Source: Myxococcota bacterium (GTDB lineage: Bacteria > Myxococcota_A > UBA9160 > JAFDDA01). Taken from it: 64,000 nt of DNA. The notes beneath the pieces were generated by a model, which ran no database searches, was not told the origin of the DNA, and worked only from the letters and a program-made list of their open reading frames with translations. The position numbers were made by a program, and so were the translations under genes. Position 1 is the stretch's first letter. Each line of letters starts with the position of its first letter. Location: NCBI GenBank assembly GCA_965228475.1, contig OZ245817.1, positions 3,328,001 through 3,392,000 on the forward strand. Direction: 5' to 3'. Below are positions 1 to 8,812 of the stretch, piece after piece.

Positions 1-2
1 TC

Positions 3-350
3 GAGTTCGACGTGCCGGTCACCGTCGAAGCCTTCATCGGGTCTGCGATGGAGTACCACGATGAGATTGGTGCGCTGAATTGGGATGGAAGCGCGTTCGA
101 GCTCCTCGGATTCAGCCCCTGCGACCCCTTTGGCGGCCCGTTCTGTTCGGGCGAGGAGTTGATCGGTTCAGGGGCCTATCCCGCGCACGCACCGACTCGC
201 TTCTTTGCACTCTTTACCGCGACCACGGTTCTTCTCCCGTCGTTCAAGCTGACCCGAATCGAGGGCGTAACCCCCTTCCCGGTGCCCGAACCGTCGCTTG
301 TTCTGCTGCTCGGGATCGGCCTCCTCGCCATCGCGCACCGGCACGGCTGA
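3..350 (+). CDS. PEP-CTERM sorting-domain protein, C-terminal part (5' truncated by window edge)
   Basis: Frame open from the window start; ends VPEPSLVLLLGIGLLAIAHRHG (PEP motif + TM helix + basic tail). Confidence 0.75.
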   Translation, partial: EFDVPVTVEAFIGSAMEYHDEIGALNWDGSAFELLGFSPCDPFGGPFCSGEELIGSGAYPAHAPTRFFALFTATTVLLPSFKLTRIEGVTPFPVPEPSLVLLLGIGLLAIAHRHG

Positions 351-375
351 CGCCGAGCGGAACGCGCGATGGCGT

Positions 376-1176
376 CTAGCCGACCCGGGCGCTCTGCCCC
401 CCGTCCACCGGCAGCGCGACGCCGGTGATGAAGCCGGCCTCGTCCGAGGCCAGGAAGAGCGCGGCGTTCGCCACGTCCCAGGCGGTGCCCATGCGGGCCC
501 GCAGCGGGACCATCGCATCGCGTTCGGCGATGAGCTTCGCCTTGTCGACGCCGCGCCCGCGCGAGATGCCCTCGATCGCCATGGGCGTGTTCATGAGGCC
601 GGGCATGATGACGTTCGCGCGGATGCCGTGCTTCGCGTTTCCGATCGCGAGCGATTGCGTGTAGGCGTTCACGCCGGCCTTCGAGGTCTTGTAGGCGACG
701 ATCCCCGTCGAGCAGACGGCCGCCACGGAGGAGACGTTGGTGATCACCCCGCTCCGCTGCTCGCGCATGACCGGCAGCACGTGCTTGCACGGAAAGACGA
801 CGCTCTTCAGGTTCACGGCGAGGATGCGATCCCAGACCTCCTCGGCGATGTGGGCCGGGCCCGCGTCCGCGCCGCCGATGCCGACGTTGTTGTGCAACAC
901 GTCGATCCGGCCGTGGCTCTCGGCCACGCGCGCAGCGAGCTCCCGGCAGTCCTCTTCGCGGGTGGCGTCGGCCTCGAGGGCGTCGGCGAACCCGCCCTCC
1001 TCGCGGATCATGCCCGCCGTCTCCTCGGCGGAGGCCAGATCGCGGTCCACGGCGACGACCTTCGCGCCCTCGCGGGCGAACAGCACGGCCGTGGCGCGCC
1101 CGTTGCCGATCGTGTCGCCCGGGGTCTGCCCCGCCCCAACGACGATCGCCACCTTCCCGGCGAGGCGTCCGCTCAC
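376..1176 (-). CDS. Short-chain dehydrogenase/reductase (SDR) family oxidoreductase
   Basis: GKVAIVVGAG..GNGRA Rossmann motif, HNNVG, YKTSK catalytic motif, ITGVALPVDGG C-terminus; GTG at 1176 chosen as start. Confidence 0.9.
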   Translation of the reverse strand: MSGRLAGKVAIVVGAGQTPGDTIGNGRATAVLFAREGAKVVAVDRDLASAEETAGMIREEGGFADALEADATREEDCRELAARVAESHGRIDVLHNNVGIGGADAGPAHIAEEVWDRILAVNLKSVVFPCKHVLPVMREQRSGVITNVSSVAAVCSTGIVAYKTSKAGVNAYTQSLAIGNAKHGIRANVIMPGLMNTPMAIEGISRGRGVDKAKLIAERDAMVPLRARMGTAWDVANAALFLASDEAGFITGVALPVDGGQSARVG

Positions 1177-1346
1177 GCGGCCCACAGGCGTTTCATGGAC
1201 GAGAAGCCCCCTTTCGGGGCCACGATACACGAGGCGCTGCGGCATCGAGCGCCCGGAAAACCCGGCACAGCCAACCTCTCCACGAGAGTATGATGGTCTC
1301 GTCATGGCGCCTGGGCGCATGCCCGTGGCACGACGCGAGAACCACC

Positions 1347-2333
1347 ATGCCCCGTCCCTCCCCGGCCACCCTCGACCTGGTGATCCCGATCTACGACGAA
1401 GAGCGGGTGCTCCCGACCCTCCTCTCGCGGCTCGACGAGGTGTTCTCCCCCGCCGCCCTCGCGGACCACGGGATCTCGCGCGTGCGCTACCGCTTCGTCG
1501 ACGACGGCAGCCGGGACGCCTCGGCCGCCGTGATCTGTGACCACAAGGCTCCGCCGGGACGGATCGTGCTCTACCGGCTCTCCCGGAACTTCGGGCACCC
1601 CAACGCCGTCTCCGCCGGGCTCGACCACGCCGATGCCGACGCCGTCGCCGTCCTCGACGCGGACCTCCAGGACCCGCCCGAACTCGTGCTCGAGATGCTC
1701 GAGCGCTGGCGCGAAGGCGTCGACGTCGTCTTCGCCCAGCGGCGCAAGCGCAAGGAGAACGTCCTCAAGCGCGCCGGCTATTGGGCCTTCTACCGCATCG
1801 TCTCCTTCCTCTCGGACCTCGACGTCCCCCTCGACAGCGGCGACTTCTGCCTGATGGACCGGCGCGTGGTCACCGCGCTGCGCGAACTTCCCGAGCGGCT
1901 GCGTTTTCCGCGCATCCTGCGCAGCTGGGTCGGCTTCCGGCAGGCGGGCGTCGAGTACGACCGCCCGGAGCGGGCCGCCGGGAAGACGAAGTACGGCATC
2001 GCGCGCCTCTACCAGCTCGCGACCGACGGCATCGCTTCCTCGAGCATCCGGCTGCTGCGCGTCGCCCAGCTCTTCAGCTTCACCTTCGCCGCCATCACCG
2101 CGCTCCTGTGCGGGTTCCTCCTCTACGAGGTCGGCACCTACGGGGGCGATCGCGAGGGGCTCGTGGTGCTCGGCGGGCTCATCCTCGTCGCGGGCGGGAA
2201 CTTCGTCATCACCACGTGTCTCTACATCCTGGGCGCCTACGTCGGGCGAACCTACCTCGAGGTGAAGGGACGGCCGCCGTATCTCGTCATGGAGGTCGTG
2301 GACCCCGGCGAGCGCAGGGAGTCCACGCGATGA
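1347..2333 (+). CDS. GT2 polyisoprenyl-phosphate glycosyltransferase (GtrB/ArnC-like)
   Basis: VIPIYDEE, VDDGSRD, LSRNFGH, DADLQDPPE, SGDFCLMDR motifs; two C-terminal TM helices; EVKGRPPY. Confidence 0.92.
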   Translation: MPRPSPATLDLVIPIYDEERVLPTLLSRLDEVFSPAALADHGISRVRYRFVDDGSRDASAAVICDHKAPPGRIVLYRLSRNFGHPNAVSAGLDHADADAVAVLDADLQDPPELVLEMLERWREGVDVVFAQRRKRKENVLKRAGYWAFYRIVSFLSDLDVPLDSGDFCLMDRRVVTALRELPERLRFPRILRSWVGFRQAGVEYDRPERAAGKTKYGIARLYQLATDGIASSSIRLLRVAQLFSFTFAAITALLCGFLLYEVGTYGGDREGLVVLGGLILVAGGNFVITTCLYILGAYVGRTYLEVKGRPPYLVMEVVDPGERRESTR

Positions 2334-3139
2334 CCCTGCCCGGCCTGCGCGACGTTTCGGCGGAGGTCGAGATGATCTCGACGCCGCGTGCCGACACGTT
2401 CGAGGAATCGAGCGAGTGGTACGGCTACGCGAGCCACGAGCATTTCTGGTTCCAGTGGCGTTTCCGGGCCATACAGGCGCTGATCGCCGACGTGGGCGTG
2501 CCGAGGGACCGGCCGGCCCGCGCCCTCGACATCGGCTGCGGTACCGGCATCGTGCGGGCGCAGTTCGAAGCGGCGACCCGCTGGGACGTCGACGGCGTGG
2601 ACCTGAACCTGCCGGCCCTGCGTTCGGCGGCGCCGGGGCGCGGCAGCATCCGCTACTACGACGTCGAGGAGCGGCACGCCTCCTTCGAAGCGGCCTACGA
2701 CGTCGTCACGCTCTGCGACGTGATCGAACACATCGCCGACACGAAGCGCTTCCTCGAAGCCGCGCTCTGGCACCTCGCGCCGGGCGGATGGCTGATCGTG
2801 AACGTCCCCGCGCTCCCGGCCCTCCACAGCCGCTACGACGACGCCGCCGGACACCTCCGCCGGTACACGAGAGCCTCGCTCGCGGCGGAGCTCGAAGGGC
2901 TCCCCGCGGACGTCCGCGAGACCCGCTACTGGGGCCTCTCCATGGTGCCGCTCCTGCTGGCGCGAAAGCTCTGGGTCGGACGCAACGCTTCGGCGGATTC
3001 GGTCCTGCGCGAGGGGTTCGAACCGCCCGGTGACGCCGTCCACGCGATCCTTCGCGCGATGATGCGCACCGAGACGCGGCTCCTCGCAAGACCGCCGCTC
3101 GGCAGCTCCGTGTTGCTCGCGGCCCGCCGCAACGCCTAG
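2330..3139 (+). CDS. Class I SAM-dependent methyltransferase
   Basis: LDIGCGTG motif I, DVIEHI, GHLRRY; ATGA overlap with upstream GT2. Confidence 0.88.
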   Translation: MTLPGLRDVSAEVEMISTPRADTFEESSEWYGYASHEHFWFQWRFRAIQALIADVGVPRDRPARALDIGCGTGIVRAQFEAATRWDVDGVDLNLPALRSAAPGRGSIRYYDVEERHASFEAAYDVVTLCDVIEHIADTKRFLEAALWHLAPGGWLIVNVPALPALHSRYDDAAGHLRRYTRASLAAELEGLPADVRETRYWGLSMVPLLLARKLWVGRNASADSVLREGFEPPGDAVHAILRAMMRTETRLLARPPLGSSVLLAARRNA

Positions 3140-3143
3140 GCCC

Positions 3144-4676
3144 TTGAGGCGCTCTGCCGACACGTGGGTTCCCCTCGCCCTCGGCGTGCTGGCGGTCGCC
3201 GTCTGGGCACCGCTCGTCCCCGTCGGCTTCGGCATCGCGGACGAAGGCTGGCTGCTCTCGGCGATCGATCGGCTCGTCGACGGCCAGCGCCTCTACGCGG
3301 ACGTCTACCGGAGCTACGGCCCGGGCCTCTACTGGACGTTCGAAGGCCTCTTCCGGGTCTTCGAAACGAGCACGCTCTCGGTTCGCTGGGTCTGGCTCGG
3401 TGGGCTCGTCCTGCTGAGTGCCGGCAGCTTCTGGCTGGCGCGGCCGTGGCTCCCGCTGTGGGCGGCCGCCGCCGTCGGACTCGTCCCGATCTTCCTGCGC
3501 CCGCCGGCCCACAAGACCTTCGTGCCGCTGGCCTACCTCGGCGTGCTCTGGCTCTGCCGGGGAGTCGCGGAGCGCCACGGTCGCCCGCTTCGGTTCGTCA
3601 CCCTGCTGGCACTCGGGGCCGGCTTCGGCTTGCTCGCCCTCTTTCGCCAGGAGGCGAGCGCCTTCGGCATGCTCATCGCCTGGGGCACGGCCGCGTCGAA
3701 CCCGGTTCGGGAGGGCCGGAGCGCACTCGGCCACACGCTGTGGGCGGCGTGGAGCCTCGGCCTGGGCGCAGCCCTCGTCTGGCTCCCGGTGCTCGGCGTG
3801 TTCGCCGCGACGGGCGCGCTCTTCGATGCGGCCGAGCAGCTCGTCTTCGCCGGAGCGCGCGGCAACGCGGCGATGTCGATCCCCTTCCCCGAATGGAGTC
3901 GCGTCCTCACCGGGCCCGAGCGGCTCCGGACGTCCCTCTTCTTCCTTCCCGGGATCGTGGCAGCGCTCGGCTTTCTCGTTTCGTGGCGATGGCTGCGCTC
4001 GCCGGAGCGGCGGACGGCGGGCCTGATCCTCGCCCAGTGCTCGGCGATGGCGGTGCTGGCCTACGGGATCTTCGCGTCGCGCTCAGATTTCCCGCATCTC
4101 CTCCAGGCGCTCGTCCCGGCGGCGCTCGTCTGGGCCGCCTGCGTTGCGGAGGGGTTCCGGGCCACTCCCGCATCGCGCGTCCTGGCCGCGGGCCTCGCGC
4201 TCTGGCTGATCGCCGGCACGGCCCTGCTCTCGAACGTTCCGGACTACTACGCGCGGCGGGCGCGGGCCGTGCCGATGCCGGTTCCCGGGGGCGAGGTGCT
4301 CGTCAGCCCGGAAGAGGCCCGGGTGCTCGGAGAGCTCGTCGCGGCAGTCCACCGGGAGGTTCCCCCCGGCCAGCCGATCCTCGCCCTCCCCTACATCCCC
4401 GGCCTCTACCACCTGGCCGATCGCCCCAACGCGAGCCGGCACGACGCCGTCCTGCCGGGCTACGCCACCGAGGCGATCCAGAGCGAGGTCATCGAAGCCG
4501 TCGACCGCGACCGGGTGCCGCTACTGGTCATCTACGCCCGCGCCATGGACGGCCGCCACCAACGGACCCTGGGGAAATCCGCGCCCACCCTGACGGCCCA
4601 CCTCCGCCGCCGCTACGAACCGATCGAACGCATCGGCGGCTTCCGGCTGCTGCGCTGGAGAGAGCCGACCCGCTAG
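3144..4676 (+). CDS. Multi-pass membrane protein, probable GT-C fold (ArnT/PMT-like) glycosyltransferase
   Basis: Acidic DEG motif after first TM, LYADVYRSYGPG, ~11 hydrophobic segments, soluble C-terminal domain; in operon with GT2. Confidence 0.65.
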   Translation: MRRSADTWVPLALGVLAVAVWAPLVPVGFGIADEGWLLSAIDRLVDGQRLYADVYRSYGPGLYWTFEGLFRVFETSTLSVRWVWLGGLVLLSAGSFWLARPWLPLWAAAAVGLVPIFLRPPAHKTFVPLAYLGVLWLCRGVAERHGRPLRFVTLLALGAGFGLLALFRQEASAFGMLIAWGTAASNPVREGRSALGHTLWAAWSLGLGAALVWLPVLGVFAATGALFDAAEQLVFAGARGNAAMSIPFPEWSRVLTGPERLRTSLFFLPGIVAALGFLVSWRWLRSPERRTAGLILAQCSAMAVLAYGIFASRSDFPHLLQALVPAALVWAACVAEGFRATPASRVLAAGLALWLIAGTALLSNVPDYYARRARAVPMPVPGGEVLVSPEEARVLGELVAAVHREVPPGQPILALPYIPGLYHLADRPNASRHDAVLPGYATEAIQSEVIEAVDRDRVPLLVIYARAMDGRHQRTLGKSAPTLTAHLRRRYEPIERIGGFRLLRWREPTR

Positions 4677-5530
4677 AGCGCCGCGGCCACGCGCCGGCGG
4701 TGCACCACCCACGCCGCAAGCACCACGACCCCGAACGTCGCCACGCCGGGCTCGGGGAGGACCGACGCGTAGAACGCTCCGTAGAGCGCGTCGGCGTAGA
4801 CGTCGTAGCCCGCCGGGGTCAGGTGGATCGAATCGGCGAAGGCGGCGTCGGGCCCCGAGAGGGTCGCGTCGGGGAGGCTCGGGTCGCCCGGCGCGATTCC
4901 GAGCTGGGGAATCCCGAAGGCGACCTGCATGAGACCGTGCGTGTCGACGACCGTGACGCGGCTCGCGAGAAGCGGATCCGCAGCCACGTTCTGGGCGACC
5001 CCGTCGAGGAAGAGGTCGATCAGCAGGTTGGCCAGGGCCGGCGTGGACCCGGCGGGCGGGTTGGGAACGTAGTCGTAGCCCGAAAAGAGGATCTCGGCCG
5101 AACTCGAGGATGCGATCTGGGTGAGAACGGAGGTCGTGGCGCTCACGGTCTGCGAGATCACCGTGATGGGGTTCCCGCCACCAAGAACTCCACCGATCAG
5201 GTCGTTGCCTCCCACGATGAGATGCGCGACCACGGCATCGGGATGGGCAGCGAACAGGCCCGCGACGTCGTAGGTTCCCCCGCTCCACTGCGCCGCGGTA
5301 CTCCCCCCGACGCTGGCGTTGGTGACGCCGAGCGCGCCGTGACCGTTCGCGGCGAGGGTCGACTCGATCGACGGGCCGGCCAACACGCCCCAGCTGTCGC
5401 CGAGCAGCACGATGGGGGAGGCCTGGGCCGGCCCGGCCAGCAGCAGGAAGCCCACCAACAGGATCGTTGCGGAGTCCGCGCCTCGCAGCGCCTCCCGGCA
5501 TCGTCCTTCGCTTCGTCGCAGGTGGCCCAC
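4673..5530 (-). CDS. SGNH/GDSL hydrolase with PEP-CTERM-like anchor
   Basis: Signal peptide ending AQA; LLGDSW block I, GGND block III, DSIH block V; C-terminus LPEPGVATFGVVVLAAWVVHRRR; start uncertain. Confidence 0.8.
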   Translation of the reverse strand: MGHLRRSEGRCREALRGADSATILLVGFLLLAGPAQASPIVLLGDSWGVLAGPSIESTLAANGHGALGVTNASVGGSTAAQWSGGTYDVAGLFAAHPDAVVAHLIVGGNDLIGGVLGGGNPITVISQTVSATTSVLTQIASSSSAEILFSGYDYVPNPPAGSTPALANLLIDLFLDGVAQNVAADPLLASRVTVVDTHGLMQVAFGIPQLGIAPGDPSLPDATLSGPDAAFADSIHLTPAGYDVYADALYGAFYASVLPEPGVATFGVVVLAAWVVHRRRVAAAL

Positions 5531-5550
5531 TCCGTCCCCTTCCCCTGGTT

Positions 5551-5566
5551 CGCAGTCAGCATCCCA
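5551..5566 (-). promoter_or_regulatory. Possible sigma54 (-24/-12) promoter for the SGNH PEP-CTERM gene
   Basis: TGGGATGCTGACTGCG: GG-N10-GC spacing, about 20 nt upstream of the GTG start; weak consensus match. Confidence 0.35.
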
Positions 5567-5649
5567 TGGCGGTGGGCAGCTCGTCTACCTCGGGGAGGGG
5601 GAAAGCGCCGGCCGCGCGGATCGGTCTCCGAGCGGCCGACGCGTGTGGA

Positions 5650-6381
5650 CTAGTTCCTGCGGCCGCGCGGCCAGAGACTCCAGGCGAGGCCCAGGGCGAT
5701 CCACCCGATCGGCCTCGGCTCCGGGACGGTGAGACTCGCCGACCACATCCCCGACGCGGACTCCGCCGGGCTTCCCGACGCCGTCGCAGAGGCCAGGACC
5801 GACCAGTGGTACTCCCCGGCCGCGAGCGTTCCCGTGCCGGGCCCGGCCGCTTCGTTGCAGCTGGCATCGAACTCGTAGAGCACCGCGCCGACCGCATCGG
5901 ACAGCGTCGCCCGAAGATCGGCCGCACCCCCGGCGCACGTCGCCGAGAGCGCCGCGCTCGCCACGAAGGAAGTCGCCTCGTCGACGAGGAACGTCACCTC
6001 GAACGTCGAGCTGCCGTCTCCCGATCCGTTGTCTCCGGAGGCGCTCAGCGCGCCGGAGGCGTCGAACCCGTCGATCCGCAGGCTCGACTCCTGGCTCGAT
6101 CCGCCGCTGGCGAAGGCCGGCGGGGGACAGCCAGGGTCGTCGGGCGGACAGCCCGGGTCGTCCGTAGCGCCGAAACCTGCCGTGCCGAGCCAGGGGTCGG
6201 AGTCGTTCGCCGGGTCGAAGGCGTCCGAGTCCGAGCCGCCGATGCTCCCGGCGAAGGCGCCCGCCTGTACCTCGCGGGTCTGGTCGACGATGGTCAGCGC
6301 GGCCGCCGAACCGGCCGTCCCAAGACAGAATCCGAACACCGCGGCCCACAGTCCGAGGGCCCTCTTCTCAACCAACATCAC
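5650..6381 (-). CDS. PEP-CTERM surface protein
   Basis: GGAGG SD; signal peptide ending AAA-LT; Ser/Gly/Asp-rich body; C-terminus VPEPRPIGWIALGLAWSLWPRGRRN. Confidence 0.8.
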   Translation of the reverse strand: MMLVEKRALGLWAAVFGFCLGTAGSAAALTIVDQTREVQAGAFAGSIGGSDSDAFDPANDSDPWLGTAGFGATDDPGCPPDDPGCPPPAFASGGSSQESSLRIDGFDASGALSASGDNGSGDGSSTFEVTFLVDEATSFVASAALSATCAGGAADLRATLSDAVGAVLYEFDASCNEAAGPGTGTLAAGEYHWSVLASATASGSPAESASGMWSASLTVPEPRPIGWIALGLAWSLWPRGRRN

Positions 6382-6413
6382 TGGATCCTCCTCAGTAGAT
6401 CACTGAGAGGCAG

Positions 6414-6430
6414 AGCAATTTATATACCGA
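6414..6430 (-). promoter_or_regulatory. sigma54 promoter for the PEP-CTERM gene 5650-6381
   Basis: TCGGTATATAAATTGCT: GG-N10-GC with TTGC at -12. Confidence 0.6.
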
Positions 6431-6580
6431 TTTGGACGATCGAATTGGCATAGAGATAGGGCGGTCCGGATTCGCCAGATGCCGATAAAGTCATTCAAAA
6501 GAAATACTTTTCCCAATTTGTGGAATCAGAAGTCTCGTTTCCCACGGGCAAAAATGAGTCCGCTTGACCAGTTTTTTATA

Positions 6581-6593
6581 CAACTATTTGATC
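6581..6593 (-). promoter_or_regulatory. Putative IHF binding site
   Basis: gATCAAATAGTTG matches the WATCAANNNNTTR core except at position 1; AT-rich context between two sigma54-like promoters. Confidence 0.45.
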
Positions 6594-6621
6594 TATCGAA
6601 CGCATCTGACAAACCGGCCGT

Positions 6622-6638
6622 TCGGCACGGGTCTTGAA
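6622..6638 (+). promoter_or_regulatory. sigma54 promoter for the 6682-10255 operon
   Basis: TCGGCACGGGTCTTGAA: GGCACG -24 box, TTGA variant at -12, correct spacing. Confidence 0.6.
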
Positions 6639-6681
6639 AGAACTCCGGAACGCCGCCCCGCGCCGGGGCGTGGAGGAAGCG

Positions 6682-8769
6682 ATGCCCGTCCGACCCGTTC
6701 GCCGTTCCGTTCTGTGCCTTTCCCTCTTGCTCGGCTTCACCCTCGCGCCCACGTGCGGGCCCGCGCCGACCCCCACGATCCGGATCGTCACGCCCGAGAC
6801 CGGCGACGTGGTCTTCTCGTCCCTGCCCTCCGTGGGCGGGCCCGGTGTTCGCGTCGAGGTGGAGGTCGAGAACGCGCTCGGCCGGATCTTCGTCTTCGTG
6901 AACGGCCAGGCCGCCTCGCGCATCGGCTTCACGAACCGCTACGAGCTCGACCTCGCCCTCGACGCAGACCAGCGCTTCCAGCCCATCCTCGCGGAGATCC
7001 AGGTCGGCACTTCGACCGTGGCCGTGGATCGGGTGGTCGCCCTCTGGGGCTTCGAAAGCGACGAGAACGATCCGGTTCCCGACGCCATCGCCCTGCGCAT
7101 GAACGACGAGGACTCGGTCCTCGACCACGTGGAGCCGTCGCTGACGGACGCGGTCCAGGCCGCCGTCGACCTCGAGGCGCTCGTCGAGGACCTGCTCGGC
7201 CAGCTCGAGTTCCTCCAGCCGGGCTTCTCCCTGCCCTTCGGCATCCGCATCGGCGACGCCGGCGGCACGGTCGCCGCGACCATCCCGCCCTACGAAGTCC
7301 GCATCAACGCGCAGAACACGCCCGCGGCGTCGCCCGGCGGCACGCTCGGCCTGACCGTCGATGCCGACGACGTGGCACTCCGGCTCGAGCTCCCGCTCGA
7401 GGGCTTCGTGATCAACAACGGGACGTGCGTGATCCTCGTCGGCTTCGACGCGTCGCTGCACGTGGATCTGGATCTCGAGCCCGGCGCGGACCCCCACGGC
7501 CTCGGCTTCGAGCAGATCGGCCCGGTCGACTTCGACCTCGACGGCTTCTCGGCCTCCCTCGGCTCGGGCGGCGACTGCCCCGACGTGGTCGTGAACAACT
7601 TCCAGTCCTTCCTCGACGGCTCGGGCTTCTCCGACGTCCAGGACGAGATCGCGGGGGCCTTCAACGACCTGCTCGGCGGAAGCGGCGTCTCCATCGCCTC
7701 CCTGCTCGAGGAAGGCTTCAACGAGAGCGAACTCGACCTCTCGGGCGTGATCGGCTCCTCGCTCTCGGGCTCGCTCGACCTGACCTACGGCTCGATCCCC
7801 GAAGACGACGACGGCGTCACCGCCTTCCTCGATGCGCTGATCGGCGTGCCGACGCCCGCCGGCCCGACGCCCTTCTGCCCGAGCACGATCTGCCCGCGGC
7901 CGGACTTCGACTCCGTCTACCTCGGCAACGGCCCGCTCACGCTGCCCGACTTCGCCAACGACGGGCAGATGACGCCCCCGGTCGGACTCATCGGGTTCCC
8001 GGGCTATCAGCCGCCGCAGCCCTACGACCTGGCGGTCTCGTTCAGCAACCGCGTCATCAACAAGATGCTGCTCGACATGATCGAGCAGGGACTGCTCTCG
8101 GCGACGATCACCGAGGTCCCGGACCCGTTCTCGGCCGGGACGATCCCGCTCAGACTCGACGTCCTCGACCTCTATTTCCTGATCGAGACGGGCGCCACCT
8201 ACCTGGGCCCGATCGCCGCCGAGATGCCCGACGGCTCGGCCACCCCGGTGCGCATCACCGTGGCGCCCGAGATCCCGGCGCTCGTCGTGCCCACCGAACC
8301 GGGCGGGGTCCTGATCCCGGACGGCGTGCCGCGGCGCGAAGTGCAGATGGCCCAGCTCGCGCTCCGCGTGCAGATGGAAACGTCCGCCGGCTGGAAGACC
8401 CTCATCAAGGGCTACGTCGACCTGAGCGCGGACCTCTCGATCGGGCTCGGTGGAAGCGGCCTTTCGGCCGGCCTCGGAACGCCCGCGATCGAGGAGTTCG
8501 TCCTCGTCTACAACCTGCCGGACGTGCCCCCGACCGTGCTGCGCTCCTTCCTCGAGGACAACTTCGCGGCGATCGCCGGCGCGGTGGACGTGGCCTCGGG
8601 CGAGATCGCGAGCCTGCCGCTGCCGGCCTGCGTGCTCGGGCTCCAGCTCGAACCGCTCCTGCTGCGCGAGCACGGCGGGGACTTCTTCACCGTCTACGCC
8701 TCCCTCGAGGAGGTCCAGAACGAAGTCCTGGCCTGCGGCGACCCGATCTTCACCCCGCTTCTGCCCTGA
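6682..8769 (+). CDS. Large secreted protein or lipoprotein of unknown function; possible BPI/LBP (TULIP)-like domains
   Basis: GGAGGA SD; basic N-terminus + hydrophobic core ending LAPTC; strong coding GC3 pattern; motif resemblance to BPI/LBP judged by eye only. Confidence 0.75.
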   Translation: MPVRPVRRSVLCLSLLLGFTLAPTCGPAPTPTIRIVTPETGDVVFSSLPSVGGPGVRVEVEVENALGRIFVFVNGQAASRIGFTNRYELDLALDADQRFQPILAEIQVGTSTVAVDRVVALWGFESDENDPVPDAIALRMNDEDSVLDHVEPSLTDAVQAAVDLEALVEDLLGQLEFLQPGFSLPFGIRIGDAGGTVAATIPPYEVRINAQNTPAASPGGTLGLTVDADDVALRLELPLEGFVINNGTCVILVGFDASLHVDLDLEPGADPHGLGFEQIGPVDFDLDGFSASLGSGGDCPDVVVNNFQSFLDGSGFSDVQDEIAGAFNDLLGGSGVSIASLLEEGFNESELDLSGVIGSSLSGSLDLTYGSIPEDDDGVTAFLDALIGVPTPAGPTPFCPSTICPRPDFDSVYLGNGPLTLPDFANDGQMTPPVGLIGFPGYQPPQPYDLAVSFSNRVINKMLLDMIEQGLLSATITEVPDPFSAGTIPLRLDVLDLYFLIETGATYLGPIAAEMPDGSATPVRITVAPEIPALVVPTEPGGVLIPDGVPRREVQMAQLALRVQMETSAGWKTLIKGYVDLSADLSIGLGGSGLSAGLGTPAIEEFVLVYNLPDVPPTVLRSFLEDNFAAIAGAVDVASGEIASLPLPACVLGLQLEPLLLREHGGDFFTVYASLEEVQNEVLACGDPIFTPLLP

Positions 8770-8812
8770 CCCGCGTCGGAACGCATTCGGAAACCTGGAA
8801 AGGAACGTTGTC

